A stretch of 64,000 nt of DNA from Desmonostoc vinosum HA7617-LM4 (lineage in GTDB: Bacteria; Cyanobacteriota; Cyanobacteriia; Cyanobacteriales; Nostocaceae). Position numbers and translations under genes: made by a program. The stretch is from the NCBI GenBank assembly GCA_019359515.1, contig JAHHHC010000004.1, forward strand, positions 151,136 through 215,135, given 5' to 3'. Shown here piece by piece: positions 1 to 10,457 of this stretch; positions within the stretch are counted from its first letter, which is position 1, and each line of letters starts with the position of its first letter. A model generated the notes under the pieces. The model was not told the origin of the DNA and made no database searches. It was given only the letters and a program-made list of their open reading frames with translations.

Positions 1-1
1 C

Positions 2-1210
2 ACAGCAGAACATCGTTTAAAAAATACCAAAGGTAATACTCCTTTAGCGCAGGTACTGAAAACTTACTACACTCCCCAAGGTGGCAAACTTTCCTTGGTA
101 CGCGTTTGGCGGGGTAAATTAACTGACGGCATTGTCTTCAATGGTGTTCGTGCTGGTGGGATTTATCGCCTGATGGGACAACAACAGCAGTCGGTGAATG
201 AGGTTGGTGCAGGTGAAATTGTCGCTTTGAGCCGATTAGAGGGTATCAAAACAGGGGATATTATCTCTACAGATCAGCAAGCTATAGAATTACCCAAAGC
301 TGAACAACTCGAACCAGTGTATGCCCTTGCCATTACACCAGAAAAACGTAACGATGAAGTCAAGCTTAGCAGTGCGATTACTAAGCTATTGGAAGAAGAT
401 CCTTCTCTGGCTTGGGAACAACACGGTGATACTCATGAAGTGATTCTTTGGGGTCAAGGCGAGATTCATTTGCAAGTCGCCCTCGACAGACTGCGCCGCA
501 AGTATAACCTGCCGATGACAACTCATCTACCGCAGGTGCCATACAAAGAAACTATCCGCAAACCCGTGGCTTCAGTTCATGGGCGCTATAAGCACCAAAG
601 TGGTGGTCACGGGCAATTTGGCGATGTTTTCCTCGATATTAAGCCCTTACCACGCGGTGAAGGTTTTAACTTTAGAGAAACGATTGTTGGAGGTGTCGTT
701 CCCAAACAATATATTCCTGGGGTAGAAATGGGTGTGCGGGAATTTTTGGCACATGGGCCTTTGGGTTTCCCAATGGTGGATGTGGCGGTAACTCTCACCA
801 ATGGTTCTTACCATACTGTTGATAGTTCTGAGCAAGCCTTCAAGCAAGCTGCCCGGTTGGCGATGCAAACGGGGATATCCCAAGCTCAACCTACCCTGTT
901 GGAACCGATTTTGCGCGTGCAAGTAATCACACCTAGCGAATTTACTTCTAAGGTGCTGCAATTGCTCAGTGGCAGACGTGGACAGATTTTAGGCTACGAG
1001 GGTAAAAATGATTGGTCAGGCTGGGATAATGTTTCTGCATACTTGCCGCAAGCAGAGATGCAAAACTTTATTGTCGAGTTGCGATCGCTGACTCTCGGTG
1101 TTGGTTCTTTCCACTGGGAATATGACCATCTCCAAGAAGTGCCGGAGAAACTTGCTGAACGTGTTTTGCAAACCAATGGCAATGGTGGTAATGGTAACGG
1201 TCACAAGTGA
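2..1210 (+). CDS. Elongation factor G-like protein, C-terminal portion (5' end lies before the window start)
   Basis: The frame is open from nt 2 with no stop upstream. The translation carries the EF-G domain IV motif YKHQSGGHGQFGDV and EF-G domain II-V architecture. It ends in a GNGGNGNG tail. Confidence 0.75.
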   Translation, partial: TAEHRLKNTKGNTPLAQVLKTYYTPQGGKLSLVRVWRGKLTDGIVFNGVRAGGIYRLMGQQQQSVNEVGAGEIVALSRLEGIKTGDIISTDQQAIELPKAEQLEPVYALAITPEKRNDEVKLSSAITKLLEEDPSLAWEQHGDTHEVILWGQGEIHLQVALDRLRRKYNLPMTTHLPQVPYKETIRKPVASVHGRYKHQSGGHGQFGDVFLDIKPLPRGEGFNFRETIVGGVVPKQYIPGVEMGVREFLAHGPLGFPMVDVAVTLTNGSYHTVDSSEQAFKQAARLAMQTGISQAQPTLLEPILRVQVITPSEFTSKVLQLLSGRRGQILGYEGKNDWSGWDNVSAYLPQAEMQNFIVELRSLTLGVGSFHWEYDHLQEVPEKLAERVLQTNGNGGNGNGHK

Positions 1211-1355
1211 TTTAGGTTAATTTAAAATCATTGCTAGCTCGAAACACAGAGTTCCGGGCTAGTGTTTTTTAAACGCAGAGGGGTGCAAAGTAAGCCAGTG
1301 CGTTGCAGAGGTTCCCTCTGCTCAAATTAACCCAAGACAAAAGCAACAGAGTTGG

Positions 1356-2237
1356 CTACAAAGACCCAGTAATCATACCAGCAAGTAAAATAAAACCAAT
1401 CCACACATTTTGCTTGAACATCTCACCATAAGCAGGGTTGGGTAAATTGGGCTGGCTAAGTCGCAGACACTGCCAAATCCAACCAGCAGCAGCAATTGCT
1501 AGGGTAATCCAAAAAGTCAAGTGAAGGTGGATTAAAACCCCTAGCCAAGCTAATAACGAGATTGTGCCAGCGAAGAAAATACCAATGGCTATGGGGGCAT
1601 AGTTGCTAAAAAAGAGGGCGCTAGAATTAACACCAATGCGCCGATCATCTTCGCGATCGCTCATGGCATAAACTGTATCAAATCCTAATGTCCACAGTAC
1701 AGTTGCACCCCACAAAAGCCACGTTGCTTGAGAGAGGGTTTGAGTGACAGCACTCCAGCTAATCAATACACCAAAACCCCAAGCAATCGACAGCACCAAT
1801 TGTGGAACAGGAAAGACTCGCTTCGCACCCGGATAAAGTAGAATCACAGGCACAGCTGCCACAGATAACCAAAAACTCAGAGGATTGAGATAAAAGGCGA
1901 GAACAGCTGCACATATCATCGCTATAATCGCCACAACAATACCAACTTTTACAGAAAGAGCGCGAGATGCCAAGGGGCGATCGCGTGTTCTCTCCACTTC
2001 TGGATCAATATCTCTGTCCCATAAATCATTGACAACACAGCCAGCGGCACTTGTAGCCAGAGTACCTAACATAATCACACCCACCAAAGGTAAAGGTGGT
2101 TTGCCAGAAGCGGCTAGAAATACAGCCCAAAGGGCAGGAATCATCAAAATTAAGCGTCCTTCCGGTTTATGCCACCTCAGAAGGCGAATAATGATAAGCC
2201 ACATGGGTTGTTGATTTTGTTCTGGCGTTCCTAGCAT
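1356..2237 (-). CDS. ubiA: UbiA-family 4-hydroxybenzoate polyprenyl(solanesyl)transferase
   Basis: CVVNDLWDRDIDPEVERTRDRP matches the NDxxDxxxD prenyl-diphosphate motif. The N-terminus LRWHKP..LMIPALWA is typical of UbiA, and the protein has multiple TM segments. Confidence 0.75.
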   Translation of the reverse strand: MLGTPEQNQQPMWLIIIRLLRWHKPEGRLILMIPALWAVFLAASGKPPLPLVGVIMLGTLATSAAGCVVNDLWDRDIDPEVERTRDRPLASRALSVKVGIVVAIIAMICAAVLAFYLNPLSFWLSVAAVPVILLYPGAKRVFPVPQLVLSIAWGFGVLISWSAVTQTLSQATWLLWGATVLWTLGFDTVYAMSDREDDRRIGVNSSALFFSNYAPIAIGIFFAGTISLLAWLGVLIHLHLTFWITLAIAAAGWIWQCLRLSQPNLPNPAYGEMFKQNVWIGFILLAGMITGSL

Positions 2238-2288
2238 GGGGTTGGGGAGTCTCTTATGGGTAGGTTTTTTAGATTTCGCGTTTTGGTT

Positions 2289-2336
2289 GACGCGGGGACG
2301 CGGGGACGCAGGGACGCGGGGACGCGGGGACGCGGA
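2289..2336. repeat. Heptanucleotide tandem array (GACGCGG/GGGGACG)n, about 7 copies
   Basis: Direct reading: gacgcggggacgcggggacgcagggacgcggggacgcggggacgcgg. Confidence 0.9.
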
Positions 2337-2358
2337 GAATAATCAATAACAAATGACG

Positions 2359-2459
2359 TTAGCGTAGCGGTAGCGAGTCCGCGATAGCGTTAGTGAGGTA
2401 CGAGCGTCAGCGTAAAGCCTGCGGCATAGCTTCGCTTAGAGCGACACAGGAGCGTCGCG
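2359..2459. mobile_element. MITE-like short dispersed repeat (family B), long copy, flanked by aaatgac direct repeats
   Basis: A 51 bp core cagcgtaaagcctgcggcatagcttcgcttagagcgacacaggagcgtcgc is identical to 25694-25744. The element is flanked by caaatgacg...gtcatgacaaatgac. Confidence 0.6.
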
Positions 2460-2678
2460 TCATGACAAATGACAATTCCCTATTCCCTATTCCCCATTCC
2501 CATCTATAGAATATCTTTATTTGCTATTTCACTAAAAGTGGCAACTCAGGCTAAATCTCAATAGCCACTTGATTGATCAAAGGTAGGGTGAGTATTTTTA
2601 CCGTTTTTAAACATAGGTTAAGTGTTAAGTGTTAAGCGTTCCCTTTGAATATCATTCCTGAATAGAGAGAGAATCTAA

Positions 2679-4316
2679 ATGCTGAATTTGGTTTCTTCGG
2701 CTGACTGGGAGACTATGACAGTTCAACCAGTTAAGCAACACCGGATTATTGCTGCCATTGACTTAGGGACAAATTCACTACATATGGTGGTGGTGAAAAT
2801 TGACCCTGCTTTGCCAGCTTTTAGTATGATCGCCAGAGAGAAAGAAACTGTTAGGTTGGGCGATCGCAATCTGACTACTGGAGAGCTGAAACCCGAGATA
2901 ATTGAAAGGGCGATCGCTGCTCTAAGACGCTTTCAAGAAGTTGCCAAAACTCTTGATGCTGAAACAATTGTTGCTGTGGCAACTAGTGCTGTGCGAGAAG
3001 CACCTAATGGTAAAGATTTTTTACAAAAAGTAGAATCTGAGTTAGGTTTATGCGTTGACCTGATTTCTGGTCAAGAAGAAGCGCGACGTATCTATCTAGG
3101 CGTACTGTCGGGGATGGAATTTCACAACCAGCCTCACCTGATTGTTGATATTGGTGGTGGTTCTACAGAAATTATTTTGGGGGACAGTCATCAACCACGT
3201 AGTCTTACTAGTACTAAAGTTGGTGCAGTGCGACTTACTGGTGAGTTAATTAACACTGACCCCATTAGCAATTCCGAGTTTCAATACTTACAAGCCTATG
3301 CACGTGGAATGTTGGAACGTTCTGTAGACGAGGTGCTAGCAAATATTGAGTTTGGTGAATCTCCTCGGTTGGTGGGAACATCAGGCACTATCGAAACACT
3401 CGCGTTAATTCATGCGCGGGAAAAATCTGGTGCTGTTCCTTCAACTCTCAATGGCTACCAATTTAGTCTTAAAGACTTGCGAGAGTGGGTGAATCGTTTA
3501 CGAAAACTGAATAACTCTGAAAGGGCTGCGATACCGGGGATGCCTGAGAAGCGGTCTGAAGTTATACTAGCAGGAGCAGTAATATTACAGGAAACAATGA
3601 TTCTTTTAGGTGTAGATTCGGTCACTTTATGTGAACGCTCTCTGCGCGAAGGTGTAATTGTTGACTGGATGCTTACCCACGGTTTAATAGAAGATCGGCT
3701 GCGGTACCAGAGTTCGATTCGCCAACGGAGTGTGCTGAAACAGGCAAATAAGTACCACATTAACTTAGAGTATAGCGATCGCGTGGCAGTATTTGCTCTG
3801 AGTTTATTTGATCAAACTCAAGGTACATTACACCATTGGGGAGCAGACGAACGACAGATGTTATGGGCAGCTGCCATATTACACAATTGCGGGCACTACA
3901 TCAATCATTCAGCTCACCATAAGCACTCTTACTATTTAATTCGCAATGGGGAATTACTTGGTTATACCGAAACCGAAATAGAAGTGATTGCCAATTTAGC
4001 GCGATATCACCGCAAATCTCCGCCCAAGAAAAAGCACGAAAATTATAAAAACTTGTTGAGTAAAAAGCACCGACAAGTTGTTAGTCAATTGAGTGCAATT
4101 TTAAGATTAGCGGTTGCACTTGACCGTAGACAAATTGGTGCGATCGCAAGAGTGCAGTGTGATTATTATCAACAATTTCAGCAGTTTAATCTGCTAATTT
4201 ATCCATCTCAACCTGATGATGATTGTGCTTTAGAACTTTGGAGTTTAGATTATAAAAAAGGCATATTTGAAGCAGAATATGGAGTTAAGCTAGTAGCAAT
4301 TTTAGAAAAATCGTAA
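2679..4316 (+). CDS. ppx: Ppx/GppA-family exopolyphosphatase / guanosine pentaphosphate phosphohydrolase with C-terminal HD domain
   Basis: IAAIDLGTNSLHMVV matches the Ppx/GppA N-terminal ATPase-fold signature, with an HD-like C-terminus (HNCGHYINHSAHHKHS). The alternative start MTVQPV at 2715 is also plausible. Confidence 0.8.
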   Translation: MLNLVSSADWETMTVQPVKQHRIIAAIDLGTNSLHMVVVKIDPALPAFSMIAREKETVRLGDRNLTTGELKPEIIERAIAALRRFQEVAKTLDAETIVAVATSAVREAPNGKDFLQKVESELGLCVDLISGQEEARRIYLGVLSGMEFHNQPHLIVDIGGGSTEIILGDSHQPRSLTSTKVGAVRLTGELINTDPISNSEFQYLQAYARGMLERSVDEVLANIEFGESPRLVGTSGTIETLALIHAREKSGAVPSTLNGYQFSLKDLREWVNRLRKLNNSERAAIPGMPEKRSEVILAGAVILQETMILLGVDSVTLCERSLREGVIVDWMLTHGLIEDRLRYQSSIRQRSVLKQANKYHINLEYSDRVAVFALSLFDQTQGTLHHWGADERQMLWAAAILHNCGHYINHSAHHKHSYYLIRNGELLGYTETEIEVIANLARYHRKSPPKKKHENYKNLLSKKHRQVVSQLSAILRLAVALDRRQIGAIARVQCDYYQQFQQFNLLIYPSQPDDDCALELWSLDYKKGIFEAEYGVKLVAILEKS

Positions 4317-4337
4317 ATTGCAGGAAAAAGCTTGGTT

Positions 4338-4583
4338 TCAAGCAATATCCTCTAAATGAGGAACGTATTCATCCTCGTATTTTTCAATTAAAACACCAAT
4401 AACTTCCATCAGAGAAGCAAGCGGATGACTCTCATCTTCACCAACCTGATCAATGAGATAATCTAGCATCTCAACCAATCGCTCATATTCCTCCTCAGTA
4501 TGAGGAACAAAAACATTTTCAGCAATGGATGACCAAGCAACGATAGCTTTGTGAAGGTTAAAACTTTGCATTATTCCTTCCAC
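4338..4583 (-). CDS. higA: HigA-like antitoxin, N-terminal toxin-binding domain only (no HTH)
   Basis: EEEYERLVEMLDYLIDQVGEDESHPLASLMEVIGVLIEKYE aligns with the N-terminal 70 aa of E. coli HigA (EEQYTQALELVDHLL..NPLLDLV..I..WEE). The alternative start at 4571 overlaps the higB stop as TAATG. There is no room for an HTH domain before ppx. Confidence 0.55.
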   Translation of the reverse strand: MEGIMQSFNLHKAIVAWSSIAENVFVPHTEEEYERLVEMLDYLIDQVGEDESHPLASLMEVIGVLIEKYEDEYVPHLEDIA

Positions 4584-4858
4584 TTTCTTTCATCGTATTC
4601 TGAATGCGTTAACACAGATCGAATGTAAACCTTTTGGCGGTTGTAATGAATTGCAGCAATAAGTCTAATTTTGTTTCCACCAATGTTAAATACAGTCAAT
4701 TTACCAACCTGATCTGCTGATGGAAAAATTTCTCGCAGTTCAACAAATGAGGCAAACTCATTTCTTTTTACCAATTGATACCACTGAGCTAGAGCATTTT
4801 TCGTATCTGGATGAATTTTAGCAAATTCATTCAACCGTTTACGAGTAATAACGTGCAT
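4571..4858 (-). CDS. higB: HigB-family type II toxin (mRNA interferase)
   Basis: MHVITRKRL..HPD..FPSAD..VFNIGGNKIRL..YIRSVLTHSEYD aligns along its length with E. coli HigB (MHLITQKAL..VFNVGGNELRV..YIREVMTHKEYD). Confidence 0.8.
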   Translation of the reverse strand: MHVITRKRLNEFAKIHPDTKNALAQWYQLVKRNEFASFVELREIFPSADQVGKLTVFNIGGNKIRLIAAIHYNRQKVYIRSVLTHSEYDERKWKE

Positions 4859-5108
4859 TTTAAATCTGCAAATAAAATGTTAATTTTGCCATTTATTCAA
4901 ACTTTTTCCTAGATCTAGGCTCGTATTATAACTTTTATACTGTATGAAGTTCTATTAACTCTCCTGCTTCAATTAATATTCGAGAAAAACCAAGCACTGG
5001 TTGTGGAGATTCTTCTCATAGTATGCCTCCGTCCTTGCGGGGACATGCGGACGAGGGGAATGTAAATGAAAGTTTCTCAGCGTCCCCGCGTGTTCCCTAC
5101 TCCCCATT

Positions 5109-5783
5109 TCAACGAATTTGCTCTAAACTTCTATTGAGCCAATCTTCATACCAATTATAAAAACTCAAGGCTTTTTTATCATCACTAATTGGATGATACT
5201 CATCGGGATCGGCATTATGGAAATAATGACAGAAGTTTAAGGAAGCGGGATATATACCATTGTCATTAGTACGATCATCGATCCAGATATTTCCCTGCTG
5301 CTCTCCGGTGATAATTAATATTGCATAAATCCCACAACCATAATGAGCGATCGCTATACTACCTTGAATAAACTGCTCATTAAAATAGGCATCATTGTTA
5401 ACAGAAATATCTGCATCATCTTTAACTATTAAATCTAAATTATTCCAGGCCTCTGCAAAAGGAAATGGTTGGGAGAGAATTTTACAATTTTGTGGGTACG
5501 GTGTTACCAAAATTGTGTTTTCATATGTAATTCCAGGCATTCTGTATAAACCGTATCCTGGGCCGGCACCACCATTACCAATTTCTAATACAAAGTTGCG
5601 ATAATCACTGGGTAGCGTAATTTTGTATTTTGTTTCAAATATTTGAATATCTGTTTCACTTAAACAAGGATTAAGTTGATATTGGTGTGATTCTGAACCA
5701 AATACCTGAAATGTGGCGTCTAAAGTTGCCAGTTGAGTTAATTTATTTTTTAATTGCAAAACTTTATTCATTATGCGTTCCAA
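5109..5783 (-). CDS. SMI1/KNR4 (SUKH-1) family protein, polymorphic-toxin immunity type
   Basis: LPSDYRNFVLEIGNGGAGPGYGLY is the SUKH-1 signature. The gene sits immediately next to higBA with no adjacent toxin gene. Confidence 0.65.
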   Translation of the reverse strand: MERIMNKVLQLKNKLTQLATLDATFQVFGSESHQYQLNPCLSETDIQIFETKYKITLPSDYRNFVLEIGNGGAGPGYGLYRMPGITYENTILVTPYPQNCKILSQPFPFAEAWNNLDLIVKDDADISVNNDAYFNEQFIQGSIAIAHYGCGIYAILIITGEQQGNIWIDDRTNDNGIYPASLNFCHYFHNADPDEYHPISDDKKALSFYNWYEDWLNRSLEQIR

Positions 5784-5878
5784 ATTATGATTATGGCGCT
5801 GCCATATTTAGATATAGGTGGCTTTCTTTGTCGATGCTGATGCCAGAGGTAGTATTAAAGGAAGAAATAAATTAAGCT

Positions 5879-7345
5879 TTGCTCGTAATGACTCTGGCTG
5901 AAACTCCAAACAACAAGAATTCTAGCAATCCTTTTCTTACCCTCAACTACGAACCTGCCTTAGAATCTCTAGGCAATGACTACTATGACGAAGTTGTGGC
6001 GGCGGAATTTCCTCAACACATCTTACGTTGGCGCAACAATGCACTGTTACCTCGTTTGGGGTTAGATTCCCAAACAGTCACAGACGAAGATTTCATCACA
6101 GCCTTTGGCAAATTTCAAGAGCGCAAACCCTTATTAGCACTACGTTACCACGGCTATCAATTTGGTGAATATAATTCACGCTTGGGTGATGGTAGAGGCT
6201 TTCTCTACGGACAAGTACGCGCTGTTGATGGCGAACTATACGATTTTGGCACAAAAGGTTCTGGGAGAACGCCCTACTCTCGTGGTGGTGATGGAATGCT
6301 AACACTCAAGGGTGGGGTACGGGAAGTTCTGGCAGCGGAAGCATTACACTACTTGGGAGTACGCACTTCCCGCTGTCTCAGCATGATTGAAACAGGTTTA
6401 TCACTGTGGCGTGGAGATGAACCTTCACCAACCCGTTCATCTGTGATGATCAGAATGAGTATGTCACACATTCGCTTTGGTACTTTTGAGCGATTGCATT
6501 TTTTTCAGCGTCCAGATTTGACTAAAAAGCTGCTAGACCATGTAATTGAGCAATATTACCAAGATCTCAACACCGAAAAAGATAAGTATGCTCTGTTTTA
6601 TGCAGAATTAGTGAAACGAATTGCCAAATTAGTAGCACAATGGATGGCAGTTGGCTTTTGTCATGCGGTTCTTAATACCGACAATATGTCAATTACCGGA
6701 GAAAGCTTTGACTATGGCCCTTATGCGTTTATTCCTACTTATGACCCATATTTTATAGCTGCATATTTTGATTATTATGGACGCTATTGTTACAGTCAGC
6801 AACCAAGTATTTGTCAGTTAAATTTAGAAATGCTCCAGGAACCTTTGAAAGCGGTGATTGATAAAGGGGATTTGGAGGCAGGATTAGCTAGCTTTCATCA
6901 GGATTATCATGCTGAGTACAAGGCTTTGATGTTGAAAAAGTTAGGCTTTATAGAGTTGCAACATCCACAAGCTGATGAACTTTTGCATCTAACGATCGCA
7001 TTTTTGCAAGAAAGCCAAGTTGGCTATCATCAGTTCTTTTATGAAATGGCTCGTACCTTTTCATCTAAATGGCGGGATGAACCAGCTTTTGTCTTGAATA
7101 ATTCAGATGTTGTGCCAGCATTGGGCACATCAGCAATTTTTGATAATTGGTGTATACTTTACCATAAAATTTTGAATGATTTTGACCCAGAAAATATGAA
7201 TGCGATCGCTCAAACTTTGGCAGAGCAAAATCCTCAAACAGCATTGTTAAGACCTATTATAGAATCTGTTTGGGATGCGATCGCTCAAGAAGATAACTGG
7301 CAATCTTTTTATGATTTATTACAGCGAATTCAATCTAAACAGTAG
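5879..7345 (+). CDS. selO: Protein adenylyltransferase SelO (YdiU/UPF0061)
   Basis: The conserved blocks [39 protein letters not shown] and [20 protein letters not shown] are all present. Confidence 0.85.
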   Translation: MLVMTLAETPNNKNSSNPFLTLNYEPALESLGNDYYDEVVAAEFPQHILRWRNNALLPRLGLDSQTVTDEDFITAFGKFQERKPLLALRYHGYQFGEYNSRLGDGRGFLYGQVRAVDGELYDFGTKGSGRTPYSRGGDGMLTLKGGVREVLAAEALHYLGVRTSRCLSMIETGLSLWRGDEPSPTRSSVMIRMSMSHIRFGTFERLHFFQRPDLTKKLLDHVIEQYYQDLNTEKDKYALFYAELVKRIAKLVAQWMAVGFCHAVLNTDNMSITGESFDYGPYAFIPTYDPYFIAAYFDYYGRYCYSQQPSICQLNLEMLQEPLKAVIDKGDLEAGLASFHQDYHAEYKALMLKKLGFIELQHPQADELLHLTIAFLQESQVGYHQFFYEMARTFSSKWRDEPAFVLNNSDVVPALGTSAIFDNWCILYHKILNDFDPENMNAIAQTLAEQNPQTALLRPIIESVWDAIAQEDNWQSFYDLLQRIQSKQ

Positions 7346-7874
7346 AGGTTGTTTTAAAACTTTTGAGCGAATATAATTCGCTACTATACAAGCAAAGTCC
7401 GCCTCTGCGAATTAACACAAAATCAAAACTATTAAACCCACGTTCACCCTTAGCGATTTCGTACTTCTTTAGGGAAGCAAGCTAGCAAGAGCATCTCCGA
7501 CAAAACAAGGGTAGATGGATTTTGTCTGTGTAGACGCGATTTCTAATCGTTGATACTAAAAAACACCGCAGCAAGCACAATTAAACCTAGAAGTGCTAAC
7601 GGAACCCAAAGATTGGGGAGATCTGACAAACTCATAAGTAATCCAAGATATTTCTTTAATACTTATTATGCTAAGGTTTGGGATAAAATTTAACGAGTTC
7701 CGTAGGTTTAAGTCCCCCAGTTCTATAATCAGCAAGTTTTGTGTTGGGGTTGTCTTACAAAGTTGAGGCAGTGTGATCTTGGGGAGCCACTGCGTTGGAC
7801 GGGTTTCCCGGATTAAAGCAAGTGGCGTGGTTTCCCCCATGAACAACTGCGCGTTAAATCCCTATTACAAAACT

Positions 7875-7917
7875 TAATTACGAATTACGAATTACGAATT
7901 ACGAATTACGAATTATT
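7875..7917. repeat. Heptanucleotide tandem array (AATTACG)n, 5-6 copies, overlapping the stop codon of the LptD-like gene
   Basis: Direct reading: ttaattacgaattacgaattacgaattacgaattacgaattattt. Confidence 0.9.
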
Positions 7918-10457
7918 TAATTATTTTGTCGCACGCCACCCACAACTGGCTTCACCTCATCATTAGAAAAGGGATCGGTGCCACCAGTCCAGTTAAAGTC
8001 ACTAATGCGGATGCTAAAGCCGCCTAATTGCAACACCGGGTTATAACGCAAAGTGATGCCATAGGTACGACGATTATATTCTAATATGTAATCTGTACTA
8101 CTTTCTTCTCCTGTATCTAAGTTAATTGTTGTTTGAAAGCCTAAGCGAAATGGGCCGTAAATTTGCTGTGATATTCCAGCACTTAACACTCTATTGTCAA
8201 CGGAGCGATCAAACAAAAATGGGGATAATCCACTGTTTATACCTTGAGAATAGCGGATATTAAAAGCGGTGTAGTCGAAAAAGGGACGAGAAAAATGACC
8301 AACCTGTCCTTCTAAGCCAATCGTACCAATCAGAGTAGTTTGATTATCACCGTTAGTGTAATAGCTAGTAGTACCTGTAACGCCAGCGATCGCTTGTAAA
8401 TAAGGCACTACTGGATTAGGTGTATACCGTAATCCTTGGGTTGGCGTAGGTGGCAATGGTTTCCCGCGCCATAGTACTATGCCTGTACTCAAGGCGGCAC
8501 TAGCTTGTAAGCGACCTAGCGAAATGCGATCATTATCCCGATTCGTTTCTAGCAAGTCTAGACGATCTGTGTTGGCATTGATATACTGAGCGCCTCCTTG
8601 ATAGCTAAGATTAATACCGCTTTTACCCAAAGGAATCACAGGAGATGTGATGACGCCGCCAAGACTGCTTTGGACGGTTTGAAAACCAAGTGTGCCATTG
8701 TAGAGACGATCGCGGTAGCTATATTCTAAATTCAATGTATGGGGATTGCGATCGCCTAATAACTGGCGTAATCGCAGACTTGCCCGCAAATTTTCTTCGA
8801 CTTTGTTTAAGTCTAAGCTAGTTAAATCACCAGAACCTTCAATTACAGCTTGTGGACTCAAAACAACGTTTAACTTTGATTTCACCGCAAATAACGCTGC
8901 TATGTCATTAGGGCCTTCTTGCACAGCTTTTTGAGCTAAAAATTGCGGCGTAATTGTCCAGCGTGCCTGTTCTGTATTAATCGGCACAAAACCGCGCTCC
9001 AGAAATAAACCACCCCGCTTATCTCCATCAAAGCCAGGAGAGACTATTGCCGGGGTAACTTCCTGCTCTCGACGATCAATAGTCTGCCCATCTACGGGGA
9101 TAGGTACGGAATATTTTTGGTCAAATACTAAACGTTGTTGCTGTGTATTAACACGGTCTACCAAGGGAGACTCCCGCGTGAGAGTAACTTTAGATGCACG
9201 CAACTCTAATTCTGGGGGTGAAAAAGGGTCATTGGTAATTCGCACATCTCTGGCTTGGAAACCTCGCGGATAGAAGTCAATTGTTTGGGCTTCAAATCGT
9301 AGGCGATTAACTTCACCTCCTGTACTTGGCGGTGGGACATTGCTACCCTCAGTTCGTCCCGAGGTGATATTCAGTCCTCCAGGACTGCCGACACCTGAAG
9401 TGGGTTGATTGGCCCTGATGCGATCGCTTAGCGGACGCTTGGGTACTCCACCTGCTGTCACATCAGTTGGCAAGAAAGCAAAATCCGTTTGAGCGGAGGG
9501 TACATAAATCTCTCCTCTACCATTTTGCAGTTCGCCAGTATCTTGGACAAAGTTATAAGTAAAACGTTGTCCCCGCAGTACCTGATCGCCCCTTGTTAAG
9601 GCGACGTTGCCTTCTCCCACAGCAATCAAATTATCCAAACTCACTTGTAGGCGATCGGCATCCACAACCGCCTCATCAAATCGCACCACTACATTGCCTT
9701 CAGCCGTAATAATTCGCCGTTGCTCATCATACTCTTGCTTATCTGAAGTCACTTCTACCACTCTAGGTCTGACTGGCGGCACATTTGTACTAGGTGGTTG
9801 ACTTTGTGGCTGTTTTGTGGGTTGAGATTGTAGTGTAGATGCAGGTAGTTGAGCTTGTTGAATATCTGACTCAAATTCTATCGTGATGGGTGTTGAAGGT
9901 TGATTTGTCGATTTGCGAGACTTGAATTCTATAGTATTTTTGATCGACTGAGAATTTGCTGCATTATCTAAAGCAGATTCAGAGAGATTGATTTTTCCTG
10001 GAGATTGTTGTGCAGGATTATGACTTTGCTTTCTTTGTTGAGTTAATTTATTGGCTAATACTTGCGCCGCAGAGGCTGTCACCTCTTGCATAGGATTACC
10101 AATTGTCAGCGGTTCGCCCAATAATACAGCACTCCCAGAAGCAGTAAGGGGTGAAAATTCTGGTGATGTTTCTGAGGTACTTGGTAAAGATGGGGTTTCA
10201 GCAACTAATTGAGTTGTGTTGATAGGAGTTGATAGATGCCGATAATTCCCATTGTCGGTCGCACTTGCTAACTGAGGTAGATATTTTTGCTGCTGGGGTT
10301 TTTCTTGGCTTTTTGGCGTTTTAGTTTCAATAGTTGAATGGAAGTTGAATTTACCAGCAGATGCGATGGGATTTGCGGGTTGGGCAGGTTTAACGATAGA
10401 AGGAAAAGCAGGCGGCGGAACAGGATGAAGCATATCAGAGAAAAATCGAGCTAACAA
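7917..10457 (-). CDS. lptD: LptD/OstA-family outer-membrane protein with long Pro/Gln/Ser/Thr-rich N-terminal region
   Basis: The central block AEGNVVVRFDEAVVDADRLQVSLDNLIAVGEGNVALTRGDQVLRGQRFTYNF resembles the OstA N-terminal domain. The C-terminal ~450 aa is rich in alternating beta-strand-like segments. The N-terminal 250 aa is low complexity. Confidence 0.55.
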   Translation of the reverse strand: MLARFFSDMLHPVPPPAFPSIVKPAQPANPIASAGKFNFHSTIETKTPKSQEKPQQQKYLPQLASATDNGNYRHLSTPINTTQLVAETPSLPSTSETSPEFSPLTASGSAVLLGEPLTIGNPMQEVTASAAQVLANKLTQQRKQSHNPAQQSPGKINLSESALDNAANSQSIKNTIEFKSRKSTNQPSTPITIEFESDIQQAQLPASTLQSQPTKQPQSQPPSTNVPPVRPRVVEVTSDKQEYDEQRRIITAEGNVVVRFDEAVVDADRLQVSLDNLIAVGEGNVALTRGDQVLRGQRFTYNFVQDTGELQNGRGEIYVPSAQTDFAFLPTDVTAGGVPKRPLSDRIRANQPTSGVGSPGGLNITSGRTEGSNVPPPSTGGEVNRLRFEAQTIDFYPRGFQARDVRITNDPFSPPELELRASKVTLTRESPLVDRVNTQQQRLVFDQKYSVPIPVDGQTIDRREQEVTPAIVSPGFDGDKRGGLFLERGFVPINTEQARWTITPQFLAQKAVQEGPNDIAALFAVKSKLNVVLSPQAVIEGSGDLTSLDLNKVEENLRASLRLRQLLGDRNPHTLNLEYSYRDRLYNGTLGFQTVQSSLGGVITSPVIPLGKSGINLSYQGGAQYINANTDRLDLLETNRDNDRISLGRLQASAALSTGIVLWRGKPLPPTPTQGLRYTPNPVVPYLQAIAGVTGTTSYYTNGDNQTTLIGTIGLEGQVGHFSRPFFDYTAFNIRYSQGINSGLSPFLFDRSVDNRVLSAGISQQIYGPFRLGFQTTINLDTGEESSTDYILEYNRRTYGITLRYNPVLQLGGFSIRISDFNWTGGTDPFSNDEVKPVVGGVRQNN

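Noticed and set aside
7482-7634. Small minus-strand ORF MSLSDLPNLWVPLALLGLIVLAAVFLVSTIRNRVYTDKIHLPLFCRRCSC (50 aa) that at first glance resembled a single-TM photosystem subunit
   Set aside because: Careful codon-by-codon reading gives no match to PsbX/Y/M/T or Pet small subunits. The RBS is weak. It lies in a convergent intergenic region. Left as unsupported.
7556-7846. 96-aa minus-strand ORF
   Set aside because: Overlaps the selO/lptD convergent gap, has no motifs, and has Cys/Thr-rich low-complexity composition. Likely spurious.
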